Source: Rhizodiscina lignyota (taxonomy: Eukaryota). Taken from it: a stretch of 64,000 nt of DNA. Location of the stretch: the NCBI GenBank assembly GCA_010015805.1, contig ML978122.1, forward strand, positions 2,080,453 to 2,144,452, read 5' to 3'. Below the pieces are notes generated by a model that worked only from the letters and a program-made list of their open reading frames with translations, made no database searches and was not told the origin of the DNA. Shown one piece after another: positions 12,215-25,061 of this stretch. The translations under genes were made by a program, and so were the position numbers. Within the stretch, counting starts at the first letter, position 1. Every line of letters starts with the position of its first letter.

Positions 12215-15200
12215 TTTGAATAGGAGCGGGCACTTGAGGTGTGCTAAAGAAATGAAATAGCAGTTCGAAGAGATCTGCGAAATCAATAACGTGCCGATAT
12301 GTGCACTCTGAAGTTTGAAACGTGGTCTTCTTTCAAAAGTAGGCCAGAGTGATGGGCAAGGGAGGTTGTGTTTGAAGAAAAAGTGTGGATTTCGTTCGGG
12401 CAGAAGTAATAGTGACCTGCCAATACCCGAGGGAGAGTCACTCGATGAAGATGCTCTTGCTGTGAATAAGGTGCTGGGTGAAAGTGGGGATATAGTGAGC
12501 TTAAATAAATGTTTGTGGCATCAGAGAGCGTGATCGGCAATTTGAAGAGTGAATGGAATTGCACACCACCTCGACAGCAAGGAAGAGCAAATGAAGAGTG
12601 AATGCTGATCTAATTTTGCGGGAAGTACGCCTGCAGCTCTTTCGTGCTAGGGAAGTGCTGGACTAGGACCTATACAGCAGCACTACTGCTCACCTACAAA
12701 CCTGCCTTGGATTACTACTCGAGGAGCACGTTTGGCTCATTCCAATGGGCGTGGTTATTGCCCCATGGAGCCCCAGGCGGAGTGAATGCTTGGGACCTGT
12801 TGGTGATGCAGGGTGTGACCAGCATCTGTGCACGTCGGACAAGGAGACTTTGGAGTTGTTTCCCGTTGACAAGGGTCTCACAAGGCCTAAGGAGCTTCGG
12901 GCTTAACGCGGCCACTTGGCGGTTGCATGGCAGACAGAGCCGCCGCTGAGAGATCTCACGCCTCCGATGTGGCCTGCCCTTGGCTCTCTCCCCAATCACT
13001 CGCAGCGTTTGAGCCGTTGTGGAGAAGATCCACTTGCGCATGCTTCTCTCCTTCAAGATGGTCAAAGCAAAGCGGAAAGCCGCCTTGTTGGTCGGGTCGA
13101 AGCTGCTCAGTCGGCATTTACGCCGCCGAGCCGAATATTCGTGCCACCATCTTCATTCGCAGAGTCGAATGTTCGCACACAGACCACCTCTGAGCAGGGC
13201 TCTCTGGTCGGCTTTGGGAAAGGCCAGTCCATGTTGAGATTCTCGCAGGAGGGAGCTGCTTTGTCGCGTCGAACAGCATGAGACGGTGTCCGCCCTGAGC
13301 CGAGTCACTGCCTCCCCATCATGGCTTGTAGATGCACGTCGAGGGATGACGTCGACTGTGCAAGAGCAAATCCCAGATCTCCTGCTGTAGTTTATGTGAC
13401 TGAGATGTTTGATTCGCACTGGCTTGACTCGTGAGGATGAGAGAAACATTGGATATGTCCTCTGCCTCTTGGTGAGATTGATATGTGGAGTGGAAACACT
13501 GAAGATCCACGACTCCTCGCGAGTCCGCAATTGCAAAGGCGTTCGATCGGCGTCAGAAACTGCTGCATCCAGCCCGTCGTTATCCTGCGAGATTCTGGTA
13601 TGGTCCTGAACGCTCTCTTTGGCCTGTAAAACGCCGCCAAATTAACGGTGGGTTATGCACGAGTCGGATGGGTTATATTTGGATCTCTGGATCCTTTCGG
13701 ACCTCGTCTCAACCATCAGAAAAATGGAGACTTGGGGTAATGGGTCGAGCGCTGCTTCAGGAAGGCTTCTAGAATATGCATGGAAACCAACGACCCCAAC
13801 TTGTGTACGCGGCCCATTCCCAAAATGGCTAGCCCATATTTCAGCTGCCACACCGACTGGATCACTCAGAAATTCTCTGCAGCGGCGAATAATGCAGGAT
13901 GCACTCTCAACAACGCGGAGGCTCCCTTACGTCTTGCAACGGCCAATGACTGGTGCTTCCAAGAGTCTTCTAGATGCATTAGCGTCCTTTTGCTCTGAAG
14001 GCGGTCGAATAACGACGGTTCAACCTTACATCCGCCCGAGGCCTCTGCCATCTGCCACACCATCAATCCGACTCCTTTCTGCTGCTTGATCCCGCTGCGC
14101 TATGCTCGGGAAGACCCATCCTCAAGATTCCTCAGGCGTACCCGCCACAAGGGTTCACACGCCTGTCGCCTCTCGTGGCCTTTCGCACTTTCTCCGAAGA
14201 TGTTATAGATGTAGCTAACGAGTCAGCATTGATGTAACGCTGCTGAGATCCTGGTCACCATGCTGCAGACAGTTTGCAGAAGCGGTCATTCCCAGCACAC
14301 CAGTGCTCTTGCGCGAGCCAGTCAAGAGCATTCTGAGAGCGAGAGCCAGTGAGATAATGCTCTCAGACATGTAGTCCAGCATCATCCATGACATCCCATG
14401 GCACCGCCAGCCGTGTCTTGTACAGCCTTGATGTCGGCTGCCTTGCCGTTTTGGCTATTAGCCCTAGCAATCAAGCCTGCGGAAATAAGTATTCGTCTGC
14501 ACTTCCATTGTCCTTCCTGCAGAACGCCTTCGCTATGTTATCATCTCGAAACCGCCTCGTGACTTCCTTTCAGGCCTCCAGCTGCACAGTCGTCCAAGCG
14601 TTTCCTTCTAGCTTCCTTCTGGAAGATGTTGAGAAGGAATTCCGACAGGCATTCCCCGTACCTTACTCCAGCTTTGTCCACTGTATCGCGGGATTAATCA
14701 GCCTCAACAGGGCTGAAACGCCACAGATGTGTTCGTGCTTTGCAGTAGTTGGTCTTGAATAGAGTCAGTAAGCTCTCGCGAGGCTCACCGCGGACGGCCT
14801 GTGCGGCTGAAAAAGGAGGACGAGACGAAAATGGCTCTTGCAAGAGCTGGCGTGATGTGGGTTTCTGCTCAGAATTCCTGGTCTAACGACTCCACAGGGA
14901 CTACCTTCTAGCGGCCTTCTAGAAGAACGCCGTACGCCTGGGCCCCTTGGTTTTGCGACGCAGACACGGCACACCGATGATGCCATATCGAATGCCGCGA
15001 TACAAACCTGGAGGAGATCTTGACGAGAGATGAAAGTGCCAACTCAACAGTTTGAACCGCCTGCAAGTTTCCACCGAAACGGATCATGACATGTTCGGCG
15101 CAGAAGTTTCTTGACTCGCGCGCTCACAATGCCGTCTCCAACGAAGAATTGCTCGAGCCCTCTCCCCATGGATGCGAAATGATCTCCATCTCTCAACTCC

Positions 15201-15561
15201 CTCTCGTCGCTTGAATCGCTTCAGCGGCGGTGTCGTGAAGATCAGAGGTCTATGTCTTCCAAGTCGGCAAGCCGATGTATCTCAATATTCATCAACTATT
15301 AGGTATGAAGTAGCCTCGCAATCGGAAACTAATCCCGATCTCTCCACAAACGTCCCCGCGCCGCAAACCTGGGGTTCACCCCACTCCTGACCATGGCAAA
15401 GATCACCACTTCCAAGAACGGCACGGAAAGTTCCAAGGTGCAGGAAAACCCCGACTCAATCACGTCGTGTCGCGCGCTACTCCATGGCTACGGCACGCCG
15501 TGAATCTCCTGATTCTCCAAATCGAGATACATCTCGCATTATCCCCGCAAACGCTTGACTC

Positions 15562-15798
15562 GTGCCGCCGCCGACGATATTGGCTCGACACAGTTCAAAA
15601 ACGATGACAACTGAAACCAGATCGGATTTCATCATCGCGCAGAACGTGGCACGCCGATCTTGCTGCGAGTGCGGCTCGGAAACAATCAAATGTGACATGG
15701 AAACGCGACACAGCCAGCCATACGTGAAATTCCGAGTTACTTGCGTTCTACTATCTCATCCGGTCCCGCGAAACCAAAAGATCGCTTTGCTGTTATAA
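15562..15798 (+). pseudogene. Possible degenerate Zn2Cys6 DNA-binding-domain relic
   Basis: ARRSCCECGSETIKCDMETRHSQPYVKFRVTC keeps the C-x2-C-x6-C spacing and the last Cys. Cys4 is missing and Cys5 appears as Tyr (TAC). No downstream TF body was found. Confidence 0.35.
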
Positions 15799-16357
15799 CG
15801 AGCGGGATGGTCATAAGGATGGCTCGGCCACGATAAATAATTGGCTGCAAGAGAAGCTGTAATGGTACGGAGGACCAGTAATACACTTCGGGGCAAGCAA
15901 GAGCATTTTCTGAAAGCTTGATCATTAGTGAGGAGCAACATTGCACAGCAACGAAGTCTTACTCTTCAAGGTAGGAATACGATATACTAGACAGTATTTA
16001 TCAAAATATTACAACTTCAACGATTATAGTTTGTATTAACCGGAGGAGGTTATTCACGATCTCTTGCATTTTGGGGCACACATGGCCCATCACGTTAAAC
16101 GATACAAAGGCACATTGTCTCGAATCATTTTGGTATTCAAGTATGAGACACACTGCTCGCTTCTCGCGCACTTCTCAAAAAGCGGCGGAACGAGCACAAG
16201 TGTCCGTGTAAGCTCTCTGAAGCCACTCTCCGAAAAGCCATGAGGCAAATCACAAGTACCGCCGTCGCCCTAGTCCTCATAGGGTATCATAGCCTGTTAC
16301 TCCGAATCTGGCGAGTATACGACACGCCTACTCCTGAAGATACTCCTGCGATCATAC

Positions 16358-19300
16358 CTATCCCTGAAGCAGAGAATCCTCCTCGTCCATCACATACGCC
16401 TCAATCCTCATCTTCTTCGCACCTTCCTCGATTTCACTCTCCTCGTCGCGAGCACGCTTACCGCCACCAAGTGTGCCGGAGAAGTACGAGCCACTGCCAG
16501 ATGCACCAGGGGTTGCCACACCGGACACAGTACGAGTAGATGCAGTGGTAAGTCCAGCGAGTGGAGCGCTAACAGAGTCGTCATCGTCCTGGGCCAGCTC
16601 CATCTGTGCTCTCGCCTTCTGATGGATGAGCTTCTGCTGCTCGATGAACATTGCCATGTCCTTATCCTCTCGATGATGCGCCAAACAAGGCGCGCACTCA
16701 ACATAGAACGCCGTAGCATTCTCGTCGTAACCAAGGGTCTCGTACTCAATCAGATTGTTACCAAGCAGAGTTGAGCCATCGAAATCGAAACAATCTTCGC
16801 AATATGCATGTGAGCACCAACGGCAACGGTACAGCATGCCTCCAGCGTTCGCGTTGTTCTTACCACAGTCATAACAGTTATGCTGTGGGCAGTAGAAGGA
16901 TATGCCCTTCATTTTTGCCTTGGCCTCGTCGCTTAAACAATCGTGGTGATAGGATCTCGGACAACTGGCACATAAAACTAGTTCCCCGCCATCCCAACAG
17001 ACTTGGCAGTACTCCTGGCTGTTGATGAGAGGGCGCTTAGCTCTCACACGATCGGCCAGACGAGGGTCCTTGCCAGCAAGAGTTGGTACCGCTTCCCAAT
17101 CACCGCAAAGGAGTGACTCTTTGTTGACAGCATAGCCATCAACCATGACGGTCGTGTTCTTGTCCCTGCGGCGGTCCTCTCTGCTGATGTCCTCCGGCAG
17201 AAGAGGCGACTCTTTCCACGTCTCGCGATGGACTTGCTTGCCTTCAAATACTGCACACTCAACGCGTTCCATCATGGCAAGCCATTCCTTCTCATCCGCC
17301 TCTGGCACCGTTTCTCCAGCACTGGAAGCATCAAGACTAGTGTCGCTAGGCTTGTCTCGGCACTTGTCCAGTATGGTCTCCACGTCCCAAGACAGCATTT
17401 CGGTGGGGTCGATGTTTGCATGCGAAAGGGTTTGCGCGCCGCGGCGAATCAGCGACTTCAACGTGCCGGTATCCATCTGAGGCATGTCGTCGGTGGATGT
17501 TCCCGGGCCCTTGCCTTTGCGGCCTTTCGTTGGTGAACTGTGAACGTTCCTCATTGACTCCGTAATCTTCGTCGACAAGTACAGCTTCTTCCGAATGCGA
17601 CCAAGCATCTGCTCCTCAACTGTGCCTTGCGTACAAAGCTTGTACATAGTTACAGGCTGTGTTTGGCCGATGCGGTGTGCTCGAGCCTCCGCCTGAAGAG
17701 TAATCTGCGGATTCCAGTCCTCGTCGAGGAAAATCACTTCACTCGCGGTTTGGCAATTTATACCAAGTCCACCAGCCCGTGTCGAGATAAGCATCACTTG
17801 ATACTCGGGCATCTGATTGAACATTCGTATGGACAGGTTTCGGCGGGCCCTTGAAGTGCCTCCGTCGAAACGTGAGTACTTGAACGAGGATCCGTCACCG
17901 CCAAGGAGAGCAAGCAGATCTTCTGCAAGGTCAAGAGTCTTTGTGAACCCCGAAAAGACGAGGACCTTTTTCTTTCGTTGCAGTACCAAATCTTGGAGAA
18001 GTTTGTGTAACACAACGAACTTGCCTGACGCCATGACAATATGCTCGCCTAGAAAGTATGGCTCCGGGGCCACATTGGGCAGAAGGTACGGGTGGACGCA
18101 GATCTGGCGCAGTTGCATGACGAGATTCTGTAACCTGCGCCATAAATCCTTGGTAGAGACATCGTTCTGCTCTTGTTCCAATGCATCTTGCAATATCTGC
18201 TTCGTCTCTGCCCACTGGTTGTCTGTACTGGTGCTTGCTTCTGCACGCTGGTCGTTATCCGTTCCAACAGCGAGCTCGGCGGCTTCTGCACGCAGAACTG
18301 ACTGCTCTTTGAGGCCAGCATTGTGAAAGACCTCATTGAGCAGACCATCTCCAGCCTTCGTCAACATGCGAGTATACCAAAACCGCTGCATTGGAGTCAA
18401 TGGCACGTAAAGGAGAACTTCTTCCTTGGGAGGGAGGCCAAGATTTACGGTCGGACTGTCTTTCATCCGGCGAAGACAGATGAGCTCGAGAAGTCGTCTT
18501 GCATGGTCCATGACGTCCGTACGAACCTGACCCTTCGTGAGGTCGAACGAAGTCTTGAATAGCTCAGAGGTACGATCAGTGAAGACGTCCGGGTAGAGCC
18601 AGTGCAACAACGCCCACATTTCGAGCATATTGTTTTGCAGAGGAGTTCCAGTGAGTATCAAGCGATGTTCCGCCTTGATACCTTGAAGCGCAGCGGATAC
18701 CTGCGCCAGACTGTTCTTAATCTTGTGTCCCTCGTCCAAGACCACGTATTTCCATACGAATGCTTGTCTGAACCAAGCCTTTTCAGCCGCGAAAGTGTCG
18801 TACGAGGTGATAATGAGCCTGTATGGTCCGCCCTCACTCGAGCTGGCAAAGGAATTTGCGGTGATTGCTCTTTTGCCCTTCGCGCCCCTGATTTTTACCG
18901 ACGCATTTCCGAACCGGTCCATCTGGCCCACAGCAATTTTCTTCAGCATCGCACGCTCGTGAGCAGCTCCGTGGAACCGTAGTGCGTTTAGTTTAGGTGC
19001 CCATTTTGCGGCTTCGGCCATCCAAGAGCTCACGACACTCAAAGGACAAACAACGAGGTAAGGTCGAATCTCGTCTCCTTCTTTCTCCGCCGAGGTCCTC
19101 TCGCGGCGTTCCTCGAGGTGTTGGAAAAGGGACAGAGTCTGAAGAGTCTTGCCGAGTCCCATTTCGTCGCCGAGCATGCCCGAGGTTCCATTGTCGTGCA
19201 GGTATACCATGTATGAGAGACCGGTCAGCTGGTAGTCTTTGAGAGTCGCAGTGATACTAGAATATTGTCAGTACAAGATGAAAATGCCACAATCGATGTC

Positions 19301-20058
19301 ACCTACCCCTCGGGCTGCTGATTGATATCACCGTGAGGCACCTCTTGTCCAGACAACTCAGACCTCTCCATTAGCGTCTCGAGTTTCCTAATGTGATTGT
19401 CGTCGGGGAGCAGAGGGAGAAATAAGGCTTTGTTATGCAACAGCCAATTGTTCTTTTTGGCCAACGTCTGCGTGGCGATCTCATGCCGAATTTGAGATCT
19501 CGAGGTTAATGCAGTCTTGTCTGGCGATAGAAGGTCTTTGCCCGGCTGGGACTTTCGGCGCGGCGAGTAAACCTTCGCCTTCATCGAGTACGAGATTGAG
19601 GGAAGAGAAGTCCTCGTTCGTAATTCTCGGCCGTAGCGAGACTTTGCAGGCTGAGGGGCTTCAAGAACAGCCTCATCCTTCTCAACATCTTCGTCTTCCA
19701 CGCCGCTTGGAACAAAGTCGGAAAAACCTTGGGAGAGGGCTGCGGATGGTGTGGAATTCCCAGAAGAGTCCTCCGTGTACAGAACGCGTGTACGCTCTCG
19801 AAGACCGCGAAGGCTTTCTGCCCCTGTTGTATTCGAACGAGAACCAGAAGAGACTTGAGCAGGCTGGAATGCCTCGGGCTTAGGTTGCATCTCAGCCATC
19901 GCTCTTCTCTCGCGAGTCGCGGATGAAAGAATTCGACGAGAAGCGAAAGCTGCGAGCAGAGTAGAAGCAGTCTCAGATGTTCGCTTTTGAGGGATCTGCT
20001 TTGGAGGAGTGCGGGGGATTGGGGAACCCAATATAATGCGGGGGTATCTGGAGTCCAT
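16358..20058 (-). CDS. SNF2-family chromatin-remodelling ATPase with C-terminal PHD-type fingers, 2 exons
   Basis: ATG MDSRYP at 20058; intron near 19306-19257 (GTAGGT..CTGAC..TAG). Motifs: LGDEMGLGKT, VLDEGH, LTGTPLQN, STRAGGLGIN, QAEARAHRIGQ, then CQVCWDGGELVLCASCPRSYHHDC. Confidence 0.93.
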
Positions 20059-20791
20059 TGTAGGTGAATTGGCCAAAAGAGTAACGAGAGTTGCCAAGGA
20101 AATGTGAATGCAGAAGTAAACTCATCAGGCAGCAACAAAACATGAGGTGTACCAAGTGGATAGTAAGTGAAGCTTGAAGCACACTCTGTTCCTCCTCAGC
20201 GCCGCGCCTTCAAGTTGGGCGGCCTCCACTGTGGTGTAGTAAGTGTTCTTTGACATTGTAAGAACTCAACTGAGTCTACACAAACCCTAATAGCCAAGCC
20301 AACCTCAAGACAACGAGCATGCGAAGCCAAAGTGAGCTAAGATGTGTTGAGCTAATAAAGCGATGCGAAGTGACTGATCTCAAAAATCGAAGGTGTGTGA
20401 AATGAGATGGGAGCGAGTACTGCTCGACGCGTTCACGCGTAGAAAGCTCCCGCCCCCTGTCGATCGGCGGTTTGCTTTTCCGGGGCCGAGAGAGAGGATT
20501 TCCCCGGCCAACCAGAGATCGTCTGGAGCGCCTCAAGGTGCAGGGGGTCTGGAGGATGACATCGGATCGGCCAAGGGAAAAATTGGCGACTCCGTAAACC
20601 AAACTTCACCAGCCACAACACTAAGCAAGGGCACGAGCTTGAGCACACGACATCCACTCCCAAACTTCCGGCATCTTCAACAAGAAGATGTAAATCTCGA
20701 TTTATCGACACCCACGTGATTTGGTGTGAAGCGCCACCGGTTCCCGCGAAGCACTCTAATTACCTCCGCACTGTGACGACCCACGGGCAAG

Positions 20792-22796
20792 ATGGGACGC
20801 TTCTACCCGCTGTACATTCGGCGTAGTGATGGCGTTCTCGAGGTATTGACTGGAAGAGACAAAACAAGAGAAAAGAATGAACCACCCGCGAAGCAACTCG
20901 ATTCTACTCCCGACGAAAAGGGCGTGTCCAATTACTATCGACTGCTTTCAGCCAACGATGCCAAGCACATGGACTGGAGGAGGAAGCTTGGGACCATGCT
21001 TATTCGAGAGATAGGTGGGAAAGAGCACAGTGGGCCTGGTATTTGGTTCCAGAACCTCAATTAATGAACAAAGCTAAATCGTAAAAGAACAAGCATACAT
21101 TCTGCATGATCTTCCGGAGAACTACAGACTGTACGAACATATCAAGTCAAAGGCGGTCCAGCCAAAAGGCGAAGGAGTTACCGAGCCACCAAAGTCGAAC
21201 AAGACTCACGCTGGTGGAGGCCATGATCGTCAAGATGCCTATCTTTACGGCCATCCGTTAGGTCGCAAGAAACGATTCAGGTCGCCAGCTGACTTTTTCC
21301 CACATCTGCTCTGGCTCGCCACCGATCCCCAGGGCGATCCAAACAATTGCACATGCAAAGTATGCTGCCCGGATGAATTGCAACCTGACGAACCTAAGGA
21401 AGTAAAGTCCTTACCAGTTAAGAAGGAAGACACTGCTAGACCGACAGGTCAAACGCAGGTAGTTGTGGAGCTCCCACCAAGGCAGAATTCATCGAATCCA
21501 CACACTCCAGCAACACGTCCACCTTCTGCTGGTGCAAATTCAAACCCCCGAGTACCGACTCCCCAATCCCAAACAACTATTCCTACGCCACTACCACAGC
21601 CTCGTTCTCTCGATCAACAGATAGACTCACAGTACGGTGCATTCCTCTACCGTCCTGGTGAGCTAGTCTGGTTCTATCGTGGCCTCGCATGGGGCCTGGG
21701 TATCGTAACTCGCCGCTACAAGCTCAAAGGAGATACGAATGATGTGCGAGGTTACGTTGTCCAACCTCTCTCTCATCCATTCGAGAGCCCTCCTCAAGTT
21801 CACATCTTTCGTGATGAAAACATGAGGCCATGGCTAGCCTGGAGTGCACCGGGCTTTACTCATCAATCACTCAACAATATCGCAACCATATCATATGAAC
21901 ATATGGATTGGCAAGGGTTGCTCAACAAGAAGTACGGCGAAGGCGATGCCCAAGTCGACGGCAGCATCATGGCCGCACGTGCTATCGACATGACATACAG
22001 CCTTTTCTCCTTCCTTAAAGCGAACAATCCCGAGCCTAATATACAAGAGCGTCGCTACAACGGCATATACATTGGCGGTGAGAAATTCTGGCTTGGGGAA
22101 CCTGCAAGGCTCAGAACAGGCCCCGGTGCAGACGTCATTGTGCTCAGCGAGATCATAGAACGCACTACCAAAGGCTTTGCAGGACAGAGCTCAAATCCCA
22201 CAATCGTCATCGTCGGCGATGTCTTCCAGCTCCACACTGCAGATCCTGGCCAGCAAATTCCTTCAGATGCTGGATTGCCGCTCCGCATGCGGGAAGAGGC
22301 CAAGCAGCGCAATATGATTGCCATTCCTGCCCGTCGTCCTGCATCATATTGGAAGCTGGTGCGGTCGCTCACACGCGCTTCTGTTACAGATATCAAAGGG
22401 AGATGGTACGAAGCAACCATCCTTTGTCCCATCTTACAAGGCGAAGAGTATGCTCGGAAGAAGGCCGAGGGGGATGTGTCAGACGTAGGATTTTGGATGA
22501 ACTCCCGTGGTGATGCACAACAGGATGCAGCAAGGAAGACTGTCGTTGTCCCGAAGGCAGACAGACTCGAAGCGTTTGGCAAGGCGGTTCCAAATGGCAC
22601 GACGATCACAGAGGGCATCCAACCACCGACTCAAGAGGAGATAACTGCGGCACTTGCAAGGATGGGGGCCCAAGACCCACAGCATAGCCAACCGCAACCG
22701 CAGGCAGAAGTACCGATGGAAGAGTTCATGGATTTCGAGAAGATGTCAACCGAGGTGTATGGAAACAACTTCAGTGGTCATTTCAGTGGCGTGTAA
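20792..22796 (+). CDS. clr2: Cryptic loci regulator 2 (Clr2) homolog, transcriptional silencing protein, 2 exons
   Basis: LPENYRLYEH, HDRQDAYLYGHPLGRKKRFRSPADFFPHLLWL..CTCKVC (Clr2 N-terminal signature), YRPGELVWF, YNGIYIGGEKFWLGEPARL, IKGRWY. Confidence 0.85.
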
Positions 22797-23144
22797 AGCT
22801 ATGCGACATTTCATTTTGCGCATTGCGATGGTGAGGGAGATGGTATTTGATTTGACAAATATTATGCACACTCCCAAGCAACACACTTGCTTATATTCGG
22901 AGCAGTCATGATTTTATGAGCGCCAGGCGTCAGTGAAGACTTGCAGTCGAGTTATAGGATAGCAAATAAGTGAAAAAGGAATAAAAATTCATAGCTACTT
23001 TACGTGTGCCCCTTTTCTGGGTGAGAAGGTGAGATCTGTGTATTACCGCCGAATTTCAACAATCTCCACCTCGCCCACGAAGGAACTCTGCCACATCTTC
23101 AACCCTCCAACTTCGACCTTGACTTTCATCGATAAAACAGTACT

Positions 23145-24620
23145 ATGAGGGTCTTCAAAATTGCTTTAGCAGTACCACAGTCAAAAATCAAGACGATAAA
23201 ATCTGCGCTCGAGAGCCGTGACAATGTCGTTGGCAGAGTCAAAATCTCTGCATCGTCATCAGACATATCAACCATCTCAGCGCAGTTTCGTTTCTCAGAA
23301 GCGGAAGATGCAGAAACCCTCAGATGGCTTTTAGATAAGAAGAGTATTTTCATATGGCTGGGGCTCGACACATCCATGACAGGGGGCATCACGATTTCCG
23401 ATGTCTCAAGCTCAGCGGTCGAGGACGCACCCAAGAAGAAGAGCGCGGGAATATTAGACAGAACAGTTCAAAACTGGCTGCATATGCTTCCTCCGGATCT
23501 GGTCCAATCTTCTACGATTCAACTGGACTCATTACAACGAGGATGGCCGAATCGCCATGTCATATATCAGCCAATGTTGCTCCTATCACAAGGCACTTTT
23601 CAAACTCCAGAATGGCAGGGCTTATTCAACGCAGCAGGTGGAGATCAAGTCCAGATTCTCTTTACGACTATGGCACAAGCCCTGAAAGTCACGCACATCG
23701 CTATAAATGAGCCGATTCCGGCAGAAAATCTCACAGCTGCGGGTGAAGAGGTCAACGTCCTCCGCTCCCCTAGCAACCTCCAGCCTCTCTTTGGAGATTT
23801 TGGACCTGTAGTAGCTTCCGATGACCCTTCACTGTCGGACTTTGATGCCGCCTTTTGGGTCTCCGCCGTTCAAAATGGCATCAAGCAGGTCTGGGCTCCG
23901 CGTTACACAATGTTCTCGCGCGGAAACGTTACGGAGAAAGCTCGCATCCTGAACTTGCCCCCCGTTACCGACGCTGTGAGGCGAGGCACTGATGATGGGA
24001 GAGGATGCTCTGCAGTTGATCTGTATGCTGGCATAGGGTACTTCGCGTTCAGCTACGTGAAGGCTGGCGTGGACAAGGTCCTCTGCTGGGAGATTAATCC
24101 CTGGAGTGTAGAAGGTCTAAAGAGAGGAGCGGAGAGCAACGGATGGGAAGTGAGGATTTTCAAAGAGGACGACATGGCTGACTTGGATGCGATCCAAGCC
24201 GCTGTCAATGACCGATCGGTTCGATTGTTGGTGTTCCATGTGTCGAATGAACGAGCACTTGAGACTTTTAGGGGTATATCGGGTGCTGTTCCTCCAGTGC
24301 GTCACATCAATTGTGGTCTGTTGCCCACATCTCGCGGTTCCTGGGAGACTGCTGTGCATCTTGTTCAGCCCGAAGGCGGTTGGATTCATTTGCATGAGAA
24401 CATCGCAGTCGCAGACATCCACGCTCGAGCAGAAGAGATAGTGTTGGACATACAGACTATGTACGAAGCGGGTGATGCGTCTGCTGCTGAGCGTGACGTG
24501 CCTGGAAAAATTGAGTTGCAGCACGTGGAGAGAGTGAAGACCTATGCTCCAGGCGTAATGCATTGTGTATTAGATATTTACATCTGTAGTAGCAAGGCAG
24601 TTGCTCTCGACGAAGGTTGA
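23145..24620 (+). CDS. TYW2: tRNA wybutosine-synthesizing protein 2 (Trm12/Tyw2)
   Basis: WAPRYTMFSRGNVTEKARI, VDLYAGIGYFAFSY, CWEINPWSVEGL, HINCGLLPTS, WIHLHEN, VKTYAPGVMHCVLD. Confidence 0.9.
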   Translation: MRVFKIALAVPQSKIKTIKSALESRDNVVGRVKISASSSDISTISAQFRFSEAEDAETLRWLLDKKSIFIWLGLDTSMTGGITISDVSSSAVEDAPKKKSAGILDRTVQNWLHMLPPDLVQSSTIQLDSLQRGWPNRHVIYQPMLLLSQGTFQTPEWQGLFNAAGGDQVQILFTTMAQALKVTHIAINEPIPAENLTAAGEEVNVLRSPSNLQPLFGDFGPVVASDDPSLSDFDAAFWVSAVQNGIKQVWAPRYTMFSRGNVTEKARILNLPPVTDAVRRGTDDGRGCSAVDLYAGIGYFAFSYVKAGVDKVLCWEINPWSVEGLKRGAESNGWEVRIFKEDDMADLDAIQAAVNDRSVRLLVFHVSNERALETFRGISGAVPPVRHINCGLLPTSRGSWETAVHLVQPEGGWIHLHENIAVADIHARAEEIVLDIQTMYEAGDASAAERDVPGKIELQHVERVKTYAPGVMHCVLDIYICSSKAVALDEG

Positions 24621-24808
24621 AATGGTAACATGAGCGAGTTGTGCTCTTCAACGCATGCAATGTTGTTTCTGAGCGCTTAGTGTCATATGTTTTGGATAGC
24701 GCCAACGGAGCCACGTCTCAGTGGATGTAACCTGTTTCGATTGCAGAGGATATCCATCCTCGTAGTTCAATGTATTGTACATAACTGACCATTTGTGATA
24801 TTGGACGG

Positions 24809-25009
24809 TCAGTAAAGAGGTTCTTCCCCCTTCAACTGTAGCAGCACCACGCTCGTAATAAACAACATTACATACGTGATGAAAATGTCCCGATCTCCAC
24901 CGTCATGCTGTGCGATGAACAGCCAATAACTGTTCCAGCATAAAATTCCCGTAATGATCCAAAACCAACCTCTTTCGTATTCATGGTTCAACCGTCGTAG
25001 CTTTTCCAT
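24809..25009 (-). CDS. Putative 66-aa two-TM small membrane protein (unsupported by homology)
   Basis: ATG-initiated ORF with two hydrophobic segments (GWFWIITGILCWNSYWLFIA and IFITYVMLFITSVVLLQL), 52 nt downstream of the SSP120 stop. Confidence 0.25.
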   Translation of the reverse strand: MEKLRRLNHEYERGWFWIITGILCWNSYWLFIAQHDGGDRDIFITYVMLFITSVVLLQLKGEEPLY

Positions 25010-25061
25010 AACGGCATTCGCGTTCCTTGTGACTAAGACTGTATCATCCGGGTAAGCATCT

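Noticed and set aside
12283..15400. Many 60-145 aa ORFs upstream of the MFS transporter
   Set aside because: They overlap on both strands with no domain signatures or consistent splice pattern; treated as a long regulatory or intergenic region.
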